A stretch of DNA of 63,282 nucleotides, the filler included, from Guillardia theta CCMP2712 (Eukaryota; Protista; Cryptophyta), in NCBI RefSeq assembly GCF_000315625.1. It is 3 parts of 3 records of this genome, joined end to end, with 100 filler letters (N's around TTAATTAATTAA, not from the genome) between each part and the next. Parts side by side here need not be neighbours in the genome. Positions count along the whole stretch, not along the records: positions 17,380 to 38,996 come from NW_005434638.1; 2 more parts are not named here. One strand, 5' to 3'. Position numbers and translations under genes: made by a program. The notes below the pieces were generated by a model that worked only from the letters and a program-made list of their open reading frames with translations, was not told where the DNA came from and searched no databases. Positions 27,041 to 38,874 of the stretch are shown piece after piece (the stretch's first letter is position 1; each line of letters opens with the position of its first letter).

Positions 27041-28375
27041 ATGCTCCTTCGTCGTTTCTCTCGCAAGGCCGCTTGCCGGATGTTCTCCTCATCCGCAACA
27101 CAGGCAGGATCGGAAGGCAACCGAGCCATGAGTGCTTCGGCTGCCGCGCAGGCGTCGCATATGGCAGCCAAACCCATTGATATCACTGCTCAGCCGGTTC
27201 TTACCATGAAGAACCTCGGAGAGGACGTCCCCATCCCGTCGGTCAAGTCCTTCAACCCTCCCATCCGCCTTCTCTGCGGACCCGGGCCTGGCAATGCGCA
27301 TCCTCGAGTGTACTCTGCGATGAGCTTGCCACAGGTGGGTCACCTCGACCCATACTTCCTTGAGATGATGGAGGACATCAAATCTCTTCTTCGTTACTCC
27401 TTCCAGACCAACAACAGCTTCACCATCCCTGTGTCTGGCACAGGCTCTGCTGCCATGGAAGCTTGCGTCGCCAATATGATTGAGCCTGGAGATGTCTTTC
27501 TTATCGGCTGCAATGGCTACTTCGGCAAGCGCCTCGTCGACATGGGCAAGAGATACGGCGCCGTTCCTGTTACCATGGATCGCCCTTGGGGCCAGGTGTT
27601 CACCTATGAGGAGATCAAGGAGGCGATCGAGAAGCACAAGCCTAAGGTTCTCGCTCTTGTGCATGCTGAGACCTCCACTGGAGCCTGTCAGCCATTCGAC
27701 GGTGTCGGCGAGCTATGCCGCAAGCATGGTGTTCTCCTCATTGCGGACTGCGTTACATCCATCTCTGGAGTTCCCCTCTACCTCGACAAGTGGGGGGTCG
27801 ATGCTGCGTACGCTGGAACTCAGAAGGCTCTGAGCTGCCCTCCTGGAGTCGCTCCCCTCAGCTTCAGCGACAGGGCGATGGACAAGCTGATGAACAGGAA
27901 GACTGATGTTGCCAACTGGTACCTGGATATGAGAATGGTCGCCTCCTACATCGGAAGCAACACCGGAGGAGCTCGTTCCTACCACCACACTGCTCCCATC
28001 TCCATGTGCTACGCTCTTCGCGAGGCCCTCGAGATTGTCCGCGAGGAAGGGTTGGAGAACAGGTGGAAGAAGCACAGGGACGCTGCTGAGATGTTCTGGA
28101 GCGGACTGCAGGAGATGGGATTGGAGCCGCTGGTTGCCTACGAGCATCGCCTCCCTACACTCACTACCATCAAGGTGCCTCAGGGCATCGACCCGAAGCA
28201 GGTCACCAACTTCGTCCTTCACAAGTACGGTATCGAGATCGGCAATGGACTCGGAGAGCTCTCTGGCAAGGTGTGGCGTGTAGGCTTGATGGGAGTGAAC
28301 GCTACTCCCCTCATTGCCATGACTGTTCTATCTGCCATGAAGGATGCGCTGAGACAGCAAGGATACAAGTGCTGA
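27041..28375 (+). CDS. AGXT: Alanine-glyoxylate / serine-pyruvate aminotransferase (class V PLP) with mitochondrial-type presequence, intronless
   Basis: RLLCGPGPGN, SGTGSAAMEA, VHAETSTG, D.VTS, GTQKALSCPPG (PLP Lys), YHHT, WRVGLMG. N-terminus MLLRRFSRKAACRMFSS. Confidence 0.93.
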   Translation: MLLRRFSRKAACRMFSSSATQAGSEGNRAMSASAAAQASHMAAKPIDITAQPVLTMKNLGEDVPIPSVKSFNPPIRLLCGPGPGNAHPRVYSAMSLPQVGHLDPYFLEMMEDIKSLLRYSFQTNNSFTIPVSGTGSAAMEACVANMIEPGDVFLIGCNGYFGKRLVDMGKRYGAVPVTMDRPWGQVFTYEEIKEAIEKHKPKVLALVHAETSTGACQPFDGVGELCRKHGVLLIADCVTSISGVPLYLDKWGVDAAYAGTQKALSCPPGVAPLSFSDRAMDKLMNRKTDVANWYLDMRMVASYIGSNTGGARSYHHTAPISMCYALREALEIVREEGLENRWKKHRDAAEMFWSGLQEMGLEPLVAYEHRLPTLTTIKVPQGIDPKQVTNFVLHKYGIEIGNGLGELSGKVWRVGLMGVNATPLIAMTVLSAMKDALRQQGYKC

Positions 28376-28796
28376 TCGGATTACCTTATTCATTGTTCTC
28401 TGATAGACACCTTCTCGTTCTGTTTCCTGTACTGTAATCTCACTCATCATCGTTTGAATAAAATTTGATTGCTATCATATGGCTGTATGTCTTGTTGTTG
28501 CGATCTTTCCCAAAATGAAGGTCCTCTGGACATAAATTTTAAGTCTCTTCTAATTGTCGAAAAAGATGCATGATTATCATCAATTATTTCGGTTGAAATC
28601 CAAACTTGGGTTCGCGCGAGAGTTGACAGTTATGCAAGACTTTTTACTTTCTGCAAGACTTTTTACTTTCTGTAGAGCATCGCTGATGAGAAGCAATCTC
28701 TTTGACAAGGTGCTGTACAATACATACATCCTTGTTGTCTCACTAGGTGATGATTTGACTCCTATGGAGTTAACTGCATATCAATCTTTTCATCTC

Positions 28797-31484
28797 TCAT
28801 GCCCACGACTGCCCGTTCGCCTCCTCCTCCTCCTCCTCCCCTTCGGCTTGGGAGGTCGCAGGCTCGTCACGGATCTGATCCAGGTGTCGATCAAGTGTGC
28901 TCAGTTGGTCTGCGCGTAAATGTGATCAAGGAGCAGGTGTGAGGGAGGGAGGGAGAGAGGGAGAGGGAGAGTGAGTCAGTGAGGACTGTAGGGGGGTTGG
29001 GAGGGAGGGAGCAGATAGTAGTTGAATGCAAGAACGAGGATTACCGTCCAAGTTGGAAATTTCGTTTCTGATGTGCATCTCTACGTCCCCCGAGCTGTTG
29101 ATGGAGGTGGAAGGAATGGGCTCGGGGAAGGGGCCGTGGGGGACAACGTTCCAGCTGTTGGCCTCTTCCGTTGGATCCGTCCCTGACAGCACCTGCTGCC
29201 TGTTGAGACGCACATTGCCGACTGGGGCGAGGGAGAGGAGGAGCGAGATTGAGGAAATGGGAGGGGAGGGGGAAGCGGAAGCGAGAGGAGGAGGTGGGAG
29301 GTTGGGAGCCTTACCCCCTGCACGTTCTGCTTGTCCTGCTTCTGTGATTCTGCCTCTTCCTGAGACTTCTGCCGTCAAAAGCTCAGCCTTCTCCTCCTCC
29401 TTAATCCTGTCAAGCTCACCCGAGATTCGACTGCTCCCTCATGAGCTCCATCTTCATGGAAAGAGGAGGAAAGACGGGCTTTCGGCGGAGAGGGAAAGAG
29501 CTGCTGATTGGTCTTGAAGTCCTTCAGGCTTCCATGCACATCCGTTCTGATGAGAGTATGAGGGGCAGGAAGGGAGGAGGGAGAGGAAACGAGATGCAAG
29601 TACCCGAAGCTTTCCAGGGACCTCGACGACCCATGGAGTCGGTCAGGAGCGGAGAAGTTTGAATCTGAGTAGCGAGCCGAGTTCGGGCATTGGATTGTGG
29701 GGGGAGCAGAGGAGTATCCCTCCGAGCGACGACTGAGCGACGACTGTGGACGACGGTTTCGCTCCACATGGTAAAGAAACATGGAGAACCTGCTTGAGGT
29801 CGAGTTTCTTCTTGCAGAAAGTCAGTGTGAAGTGAGAGAGTGAGGAGGGATGTGGGGGAGGAGCATGGGGAGTCGGAAGAAAGGAGCGGAGGAGGAGCAA
29901 AGGCGACCAGCGAGTCTTACCTCCTGTCCGCTTCCTCGTCCTTGCGCTGATCCCCTCCTTCTAGGCCATGCTGGGGTTCTGCTGGATGGCCCTTGTGCTG
30001 TATGGGGACGTAGATGATGCCTCCTTTGAGCCCCATCACCATCAGCCCCTCGTCTCTCTTCCTCCTCCTCCCCGGAGCCTGCAGCACGTTGTCTGTGGAG
30101 CGAGAGAGAGGGGAGTTGGTGGAGTGAAAAGGCTCACTGATGGCCCTCTTGTTGAGAGCGAGAGGAGGCACAGCCAACGAGGAGCCCAGGGGGATGTGGG
30201 GAGAGCCAACGAGCGAGGAAGGGGTGGGGATCCCAGAGAAAAACTTTCGCAGGAACGGGACTGGCGATCGGTGCCGGTGGGTCCCCTCCTCCGGCGAGGC
30301 TGCACAAGAATCCAAGAGGCCGTGGGGGGAGCTGGTGGAGGGAGTGCTGGAGTGATCGTCCTCGGCGATGACGGAGAGCTCCGTCTTGTCTGCAACCTTA
30401 ATGAGATCCTTCTCCGGCTCCTCGTCCTCGTCTCCGTCGTCCTTCACATTGAGAAGGCAGACCCCCAAGACGGTCATGACTATCCCGAGTAGGAAGAGGA
30501 TGGTGGAGGCTGGATTTGTCATGCAGCTGAACTCCCTGTAAACGAACGCAACAGAGGCGACGGAGGCGACGGTGAAGCAAGCATAGTAGGTAGGCACAAC
30601 TATGGAGTTTCCGAAGAACATCATGGCCTTGTTCACATATCCCATGCTCGTCACCGCGGTCACCACCATCACCACCATGGCGATGTAGGGAGCCGGGTAC
30701 TTCCAATCGTTCCAGTTGCCTGTCTCGAAGGCCTGGGAGAGCAGGGTGGAGAAGGTCTTGGATGAGATGATCGTCAGAGTTGCGATGATGGCACAAGTTC
30801 CGATGTAGACCAACACGTTCTTCTCCCCGTAATTCCTGCCCAGGTAGAGGAACAGGGAGAGAAGGACTATAAAAAGCACAGAGTAGATCAGAAATTGCTG
30901 CGTCCATACAACGTCTTCCCAGAATGTGCTGGAGTGGACGACGATTGTGCTCTCTGGGGCAAAGTAAACCACCAATACAATCCCACCGACCACCAGGATG
31001 ACTCCGAAGACAATCATGATAGAGAACGCTTCTCCCAAAACATACGTTGTGATGATGACATTCGTCAACACCCCCACCGCTCCCATTGGGGTGACGATGG
31101 AGGCAGGAGCATATCCGTACGCTATCAAATTCCCAACCTCTCCAGCTAGGATTCCTACCATGCCTGCAACATCCGTCAGACCCCCGGCCGCAAGCAAACA
31201 AGGCATTCACCGATCCACCAACACGGGACAAGGAAGAAGGACTTGATGGGCCGGCCCTCGTCGTCCATGTTTGTGTTGTGAGCGTACTTCATCGCATTCA
31301 TCCCTATATTGATGACAATGTCTGCTACAAGACTGAGAATGATTCCGATCCAAATGCTTGAAGTCACTGATTGGCCCAATGTACATTTTCCCTCCGGAGT
31401 CCACTTGCAACCGTGAAATGCTGTACAGGTCGCGTTGGTGAGCAGCTTGGGGCAAACATGATTGCAGGTTATGTCGAGCGTCAT
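28797..31484 (-). CDS. NIPA-family Mg2+ transporter with long disordered C-terminal tail
   Basis: IWIGIILSLVADIVINIGMNAMKYAH...WWIG|MVGILAGEVGNLIAYGYAPASIVTPMGAVGV...YVNKAMMFFGNSIVVPTYY. Further spliced exons run to ...ANGQSWA* at 28797. Confidence 0.88.
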
Positions 31485-33013
31485 CTTTGATCAGAAAGAG
31501 CAACAAGGAGGTTGGTGAAGAAGAAGTGTGTGGATGATGTTTTCGTTCTCTTGTTCAAATCCCCGTCAGTTGTGCATACTGATCATCCGATGTTACAGTA
31601 CCAGGAGAATAGAGGTGATAAAGAATAGTGCAGATTGAAGAAAATATATACAGCTTGCGTCTGACCTGTCTGAAAGAACGAATATGAAGCCAGTCGGAAG
31701 ACCACTGGCAAACTTTGTCGACAGCTCCTTTCTGTCTCTGATCTGTCGAAGATAGGTGCGATGGCCTTCCACTCTTTTGTGAAGGGTGTGCCCGTTTAGT
31801 TCAGCCCTCTTTCTCCATGATGTCTCTCCTTCTTCCACGCTAGTTCTCCTCCTCTTCCTCCTCTGCTCCTTGTCTCTGTTCTCCTGACCGTTCTGGCTCA
31901 CGCAGGCATGTCCGGCGTGTTCCTTCTTAAAACCATACGCAAATATAAGTGTTTTATAAGATCTAAAACTTTGTTGAAACTTGAAACAGAGCTCTTCGGA
32001 AACCGAGGTAAACAGGAGATCAGCGGTAGTACCAGGAAATATTATTAAAACTGTTATTAAAGTGTTACACTTCACAGCACATCCGCTCAATATTTGAATC
32101 TAGGGGCTTTTAAAAGCTTGTTCATCAAAGATTCAAATTTCAAAACTGTACTAAACATTGTAAGGATTTTGTGTAGCTATAAAACTTTATTAAAATTCTA
32201 ATTTGTTTATACAGAGATTTAGCGTTTTATTGAAAGAGTGACCCTGTCAAAAGATGCAGGACCCTACCATACGTTTCGAAGGTTTCGGAGGTATGTTTCT
32301 CCGGGGGGTGATTCTAGCCTGCCAAACTAAAAACCAAAATGAATAAGAACTCATTATAAATCTAAAAACCTCTAAAACTCAACACTCCCTGGACCCCCTG
32401 TCTTCCATCCTTGCGAGGGTGGGGGTCATAATACTACCACTTAACTTTGAGTAAAAAGACCACAACCATTCTCCGACTGCAATGCTCGAATGAGGACAAC
32501 GCCAGGCGACGAGAGGAGAGTGAAAGGAGGGAGGATGAACGGCATAAGAGGGAGCAGGGCAGAGTGAAGTGATACAAAATACGGAAATGGACGTCGATGA
32601 GACGGAAAAGGTCCTCCTTGCAATACACCGGAGATTATTCTTTGATGCTCACTAGAAGTTGACCCGAGAGGAGTAGGGGACTGTGTCGGTCAGGCTCTGA
32701 AGGGAATGATCAGCTTTGGCTTATTGCTGGTGATGCAGTTAGCTGTGCTTGAAATTCAAGTTGAAGGGCTCTTGTTTCCATGTCTGAAACATGTTGAACG
32801 TGTGCATTACGTGGGTGATGAATAACAACCAATGTCTTCTGACTATCACATGAGTCCTGCATGTCTGCTTGAGTTGCTCTCTCATCTTCACTTCTGATTG
32901 TCGTACGACATGGAAGGAGTGCCGCATTGTATTGCCAACACAACCTGTACCACTGTCACCTCAAACCATCAACATCCTTGATGACAAACCTTGCCCTTCA
33001 CACCCGCATCTCC

Positions 33014-35049
33014 TCAGCCAGACCCCAGCTCATGGTCGGTGCTGCCCTGCCCCCCTCCAACAGCATTGCTCGGCTCAGGTTCCCACCACCTCTCTGCCTG
33101 CGCCTCTCGCTCGTTGTCTTCCTCCATCGATGCCACCAGCTCCCTGTCGGCGTCTGCTCTCCTCAGAAAGTTGATGAAGAGCTTCTTGTAGTTCATCTGT
33201 GACAGCGAAGTCAAGATCTCAAGCAAGAAAGTCGAGTCTCAATCGATCTACATCTGATCCGTCTTGGAAGACCTGCAGTGAAAACGTAAATCAACGCGCG
33301 ATACAACTCCTCCCCCGCATCTGGCAGTACCTGACACGACTGGTACAGCCCACTCCTACTGAAGTCATAAGCTCGCGTGCAGAAGCAACAGCTGTATCGG
33401 CCAGATCCGTCAGTACCCGGGCCCATCACCTCTGTGCTTCTTCCTCACCCCGTAGCCTTGAAGATGTAGAAAAGCCTCGCCCGCAAGAGTTCCTCACCAG
33501 GCTTGTGCTCAGCGATCACATACACATCGTGCTCTGCAACACCCGATTGGTGCGTCTTCCTACTCGCCTTTCATGTCTCAACAAGCCTCTGACCTGATGT
33601 GCTCAGCATGGTAGGCTGCAAGTCAAAGACGTTGCGAAACACTCTCTTCCAGTTGGATTTGTACCCCCCCAGCATCTGCAAGGTTCGATTGATCAGCCGT
33701 CCCATCAGCTATCATGCCAGCGTACGATCTGAGTCGTGTACCTGACCAAGTCGCATGCGCACATGGTATTGAACGACCAGCTGATTGTTGGAGTTGAGAT
33801 CAAACATCACGTGAGATTCCGTGATTTTGGCATATGCTATGAGTGCCGTTGCTCCTGGCATCATCTCATGTCATCATCTGCCCTGTCGGCAAGTCTCTTA
33901 CCATATCCGATGGTATCTCGTATCCATGACATTACCCTCCGGCTGCTTGCCTCAGATGCCAGAAGGCTCAATCCATGATGCATGGGACCTCTGTGCACAA
34001 ACCAATCCTCACCAAGAGATAACACATCGCAATATCAAAACACAGAGTTATCATACTTGCATTCCGCAGAAAGAGTCCGTATGGCCTGGTCGATGTCGTA
34101 CGCATACGCGTTCGACGTCCTCGGGTCTCGCTTGAACACCATGCACAGGTCCCTCACGAGCTCTGCCGGCCACGCGTGCCTCACCTCCGCCTCCTCCTGC
34201 GCCTCCAGTACGAACACGCCTTCCCCCTTGCACGACACATGCGCCGGTATCACCCGACACCTGATCACGTTCAAGCACACCATCCCCTCCCTCGAGAACG
34301 TCCGCAGGTCTACGAAGAAGGGCCCCACCCCCTCCCCCCGCATCACCGCCTGCCCAGCCGCTCGTAGCACGTCCAGGCTCTCGTTCTCGACCAGATGGAG
34401 GAAGCACTGTCCTTCCTGTCCCAACAGTCATGCTCCGCGTCAGACATCTGCTCGCCTCCTGCCCTGCATCCCTCCTTCCTTACCCCTCCATGCATCTTCC
34501 CCGCTCAACACCGCACCTTCCAAACTACTTTTGTTTCCCTACCCCAGCTACTCCTCCCTCCCCCCACCTTCCAACCCCCCTTCTGCTCACCAGCCTCCGT
34601 AGCGGCGATCGCACGTAGTACCCCTCTAGCCCCACGCTCCCGCACTTGATCCTCCAGCTCGGTAGCTCCACCGACACGATCCTCTCCCTCCGGCTCGACA
34701 TGACCCTCGCAGTCGCTTCCTCCAGCGACACGCCGGGCTTTCGCTCCTTCCTGCTCGCCCGAGACGACGCCGGCATGGCCCGCAAGTGCGTCACCAGGTC
34801 CTCCAGCATCTGCACAGTAGTCCGGGACGAGGGAAGATACCCGTTGAGCTCCTGGAGCCTTCTCTTCGAGCAGGGGACCAGGGGGTCCAAGGCGTCGAGA
34901 AGCTTCTTGGTGGTGTCTCTGTTGGCTGACTTGGTTTGTTTGTCTCTCTGTCGCTTGCGCTCCAGGTTTCCTCGTTGTGTACTCATTCCCTTGGGCTTTG
35001 CCTTGGGGTTGATGTGTCCAGGCCTCACATCTGTTGACAAGAAGTGCAT
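33014..35049 (-). CDS. Uncharacterised protein: bHLH-like + PAS-like + beta-rich C-terminal domain (paralogue A)
   Basis: ERKRQRDKQTKSANRDTTKKLLDALDPLVP...RTTVQMLEDLVTHLRAM (HLH-like); IVSVELPSWRIKCGSVG..GQCFLHLVENES (PAS-like). C-terminal exons are homologous to 38080-38874. Start is uncertain. Confidence 0.65.
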
Positions 35050-35740
35050 ATCTCGCTCGTAAGCTTGCAAGGAAGCTTTCGTTCTGCTATGACGCCGTAC
35101 AGCACCAGCATGTCATCCCTGCCTCCTGGATCATCAGACTGTGCTCTCAGCCTTCTGTCAGCGACACTCTAGGACGCATCGCCGAGCGTCGTCTCACTAG
35201 GGACCGCACTGCATGAAATGGCAACTTTTCCCCAAATCCTTCGCTTTTATTGACTGAAAAAGAAAGACAAACCAAATCCTAGATACAAACCAGTTCAGAC
35301 CTTACTTTGAAATGTAATATCAAATTTTCAAAATTTGATGATTCTCAGAATAAGCACCACTGGAACTTATTACTAGCCACCTCCTTCAAGTTGAGTGAAA
35401 ATAGTTCCCTCCGAGGCGGGTTAGCCTGTCAGAAGTATCTGTAATATAACGGACCAAAACTGGGCATGTGCGGGCTGTATGAGGGGCTTGCAAACCGTAG
35501 AGCCCGACGGATTCCGTCAAATTCCCTTGTTTTAATTTGTATATAGCTAACACTGTATCCAGGAATAGGACCAAGATCATAGCAAAGGAAATAATAAAAA
35601 GCAAACACGCGCATAAGATGGATTCATAGTAGTACCCCTGTTTTGAAGAGAATTTGGGGGTGGGGGGTATTACGTCCTTCAGCGGCACCAAGCAAAGGGT
35701 TGGTTTGGCAGGTTACGGTGCTAACTACGGAAGCATAGTT

Positions 35741-37044
35741 ATGTCTGGCGCAGAGGGAAGTGTCTTACGCAGTGCTGAAGTGGAAGTGACGGCGGAAGAG
35801 GATCGGGGGGACTCCGGGGAGGAGGAGGAGGTAATGGAAGAGGTTCATGACAGTGATTCAACGGGGCCAGAGGTAGGAGGGGAACAGGCTATTCCAGCTT
35901 TTGCTGTGGAAGGAGACGAAAACGTCTTGCAACCTGAAGCCCCATTGGATCAATCGCCGGCGCAGCCTAGGGCACGGCGAGGTCGCAAGCGTCCTCATTC
36001 CACAGCTGCTGTGTTATCAATCACTTGACAGAAACAAAGGCAACAATGGAAGAGAAGCTTGCAGTTTGCTTCCGCACTTCAGCTGATTCAATCTTCCGAG
36101 CGATCGCAGAGAACCGTCCTCTAGCCAATTCCTTGCAGAGTGGGTTGGGGGATGGAGGAACAGGTGTGGATGCAGGCGTGAAAGCAGCAGCGGAGGACAA
36201 CCTGAACCATTTGATTGAGGTTGTATGGAGAATGTATGATTTCGTGACGAAAACAAGGGATGGAGAAGGCAAATTGAGAGAGGGAATCGATGCGAAGATG
36301 CAAGGAATGCAACAGTGCCTGCAAGGGATACAGAATACGTTGGAAGAGATGAAAGGGTCTATGAAGGAATTCGAAGAAATGAAACGGTCTATCAAGGAAT
36401 TGAAAGAAGGCATGACAGATGAGATCAAGAGAGCGGTAAGTCATTGACTGGCGAGTACTGCAGTGCGCAGAAGATTGGGTGTAAGGCATGGAAGCGACAG
36501 GGGAAGGGAAAGTCGCACAGTGACGGAGGATGTGGAGATGGAAGATGTGATGGAAGATGCTCAGGACGATGGCGGCGAGGTTGAAGATGAAACAGTCAAT
36601 GACAATACGATGGAAGGGGACGAGAGCAGGTTACTTCCCACCAATTTCAAATGGGTGAAAGCGAATACAAGAGCAATTTATACACAATGGCATTTCGGAA
36701 ACAGGGAGAAAGGGTATCCTGCTTACAAAACCTTGAAGCCTCGCCATTTCTACACCAAGGATCAAAAGAAGAGGTTAAGTGACTTGCGGTATCTTGTGAG
36801 GGAAATAGAAATAGAAGCCAGAGCACTGGGAGTGTATGTCGAGCAACCGGACGGCATAGAGGAAGCGGGGTTTATGTATGATCAGTGTGAAAACTTTCTG
36901 ATGGAAGTATACAAGAAAGCAAGAGGAGAATGGAACGTGACGTCAAGGTTTGGCCATTTGTCGTGGATGACGGTGGTGAACTTGCTTAGGAACTCGGAGC
37001 GGGCGAGGGCGAAGGACGTAGAGATGTTTTGGTGTAGTTACTAG
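35741..37044 (+). CDS. Coiled-coil + GCR1_C-like DNA-binding domain protein (Crypton-type C-terminal domain)
   Basis: Three ORF segments joined by short introns. LLPTNFKWVKANTRAIYTQWHFGNREKGYPAYKTLKP...QKKRLSDLRYLV...HLSWMTVVNLL. A-rich codon usage differs from neighbouring genes. Confidence 0.6.
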
Positions 37045-38079
37045 TGTAATACATTAGTGTGCAATACAGAAGAGCACAGTACATGTCGGAGATGTCTACA
37101 AACATGCAAGTGCAATACCAGAGAACTGGGGATGGGGGTGAAGGAGTATGCGCAGGTTTGAGAGGATTAGGTACAGACACATTGGGAAGTTGGATGCTAT
37201 CCTGCATGCAACAACGATTACACCTTGTCACTTCTATAATGTTCATGGGGATGGGATCATGGGACAAGTGCGGGGTAAGGGGAGAAGATGCTTTTGTGAT
37301 TAGGGTGTGGATGATCGTGCAGTGTACAAATGAAACAAGCGTCATATGGTTGCTCAAGGGACTTGCATATTGGAAGACAGTTGGGGATGGATGACATCAT
37401 GATCATGACAACTTGCGAATCTCAACAAGACAAGTATGATTCTTCAGACCATGTTCATCTCTGACATGAAAGGTTTTCTATCCTTATCATGATTGAAAGA
37501 TGTGTAGAAGTAATGCACAACTATGCCTAGAATGATCCTAAGACGTGATCTGATGTAGAACACCATCATCCTTGCTGTAGGGCGGCGTCGATGCTCTTCA
37601 TTGTGCTTCCTGATTGTGAACGTTACTTAACTAAGAAAGTTTACTCAACTTTAAGTAAAAAGGGCTCCATATAGAATCCGTGCCATTCTTTCTATGTGTC
37701 AGCGTCACGCGACTTGTGTGGTTAGAGTAGAGGTTTTTGCTGTCTCTTCCCTTTCCTAGGTTTCTGTTGAGGCGGATTTGTTGTTTTACCCATTCCTCCA
37801 TTGGTTTTGCTTTTTCCAAGTTGTACTTATAGACGCATCTCTAGTTTACACTACTGACTGACGGACGCGATCAGATCACTTCACCGAGGCGGACTTGTGA
37901 GTAGTCCTGTTTGTCATTGCGGTGGCCACCTTAGTAATCCATGGACTCAGACTTCAACGCTGCTACTAGCAGATGGAGTCAATATCATCTTGTGTCTTCA
38001 TGACACGTTTTCTTGAAGTCACCAGCACTCAGTTCCCCAGCCCACGTCACAAGTTCATTCATTGGCAATTCATCGGTGA

Positions 38080-38874
38080 TCAGCGATCATTGTCAGGCTC
38101 CTCTAAAGTTGCTAGCAGGCTTCTGTCCTCCTCGGCGACCTTCACCATGTTGATGTAAAAGTGCCTTGGACTCTCCTGTCACATGACTTAGAGGATATTC
38201 GTCCTGCAGTCGTTGCAAATCTGCGATGCCGCTGGCCGCACCGCAAGTTTCTCACCTCGTCGGATCCGTCTCGAAACACCTGCTCGTCTCCCCGTCACTC
38301 CTCTCCCTCCCCTCACACCACCACAAGCTCCTCACCCGCACACTCTGTAATAATCCTGCCGAGGAGGCAACCCAGCTCCGAGAGAAGTAGCAGATTCTGC
38401 ATCCAGCACGTCTCAGATCGCCTCGTCCATGAGTCGTGATGGCACATCCCATACCCCGTCGACGAGTGCAGGTAGAAGACCTTCAGGAACAACGAGTCGC
38501 CTCCGACGTTGTTCACTAAATACCCGTACACCTTCGTGTCTGCAGGGCTCTCGTCAGTCCATAGATGCTGCTTTCCTTCATGACGTACTTCCTCCGCTAA
38601 GCTCCGTTTCCTCCCCATTCAACGCCATCTTCATGACTCGTTTCCAGTTCGACTTGAAGCCTCCGACAAGCTTCCCCACGCACAACTCCCGTGAGTCACC
38701 ATTGCCTCCTCCTCCTCCTCCTCCTCCTCCTCCTCCTCCTACCTGAGGCAGCCTCATCCGGATGCAGTAGTTGACAAAGAGGTTATTCTCCTCGTCCATC
38801 CCCAGTGAGAGATGCGTTTCTGTGAGCCTGGCCATGTACACCATGAAAGCTCTTCCTGCAACGGCAAACATCAA
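38080..38874 (-). CDS. Paralogue B of the 33014-35049 family (3' exons only; 5' part presumably lost in the gap)
   Basis: RLTETHLSLGMDEENNLFVNYCIRMRLPQ|LVGGFKSNWKRV...KVYGYLVNNVGGDSLFLKVFYLHSSTG...VFRDGSDE|ESPRHFYINMVKVAEEDRSLLATLEE aligns with paralogue A. Confidence 0.7.

Noticed and set aside
31593-32090. 165-aa minus-strand ORF
   Set aside because: TTG start, AT-rich, no motif; probably the NIPA 5' UTR/promoter.
38535-38595. Second possible GA donor in paralogue B
   Set aside because: A canonical A|GTACGT donor gives the required phase.
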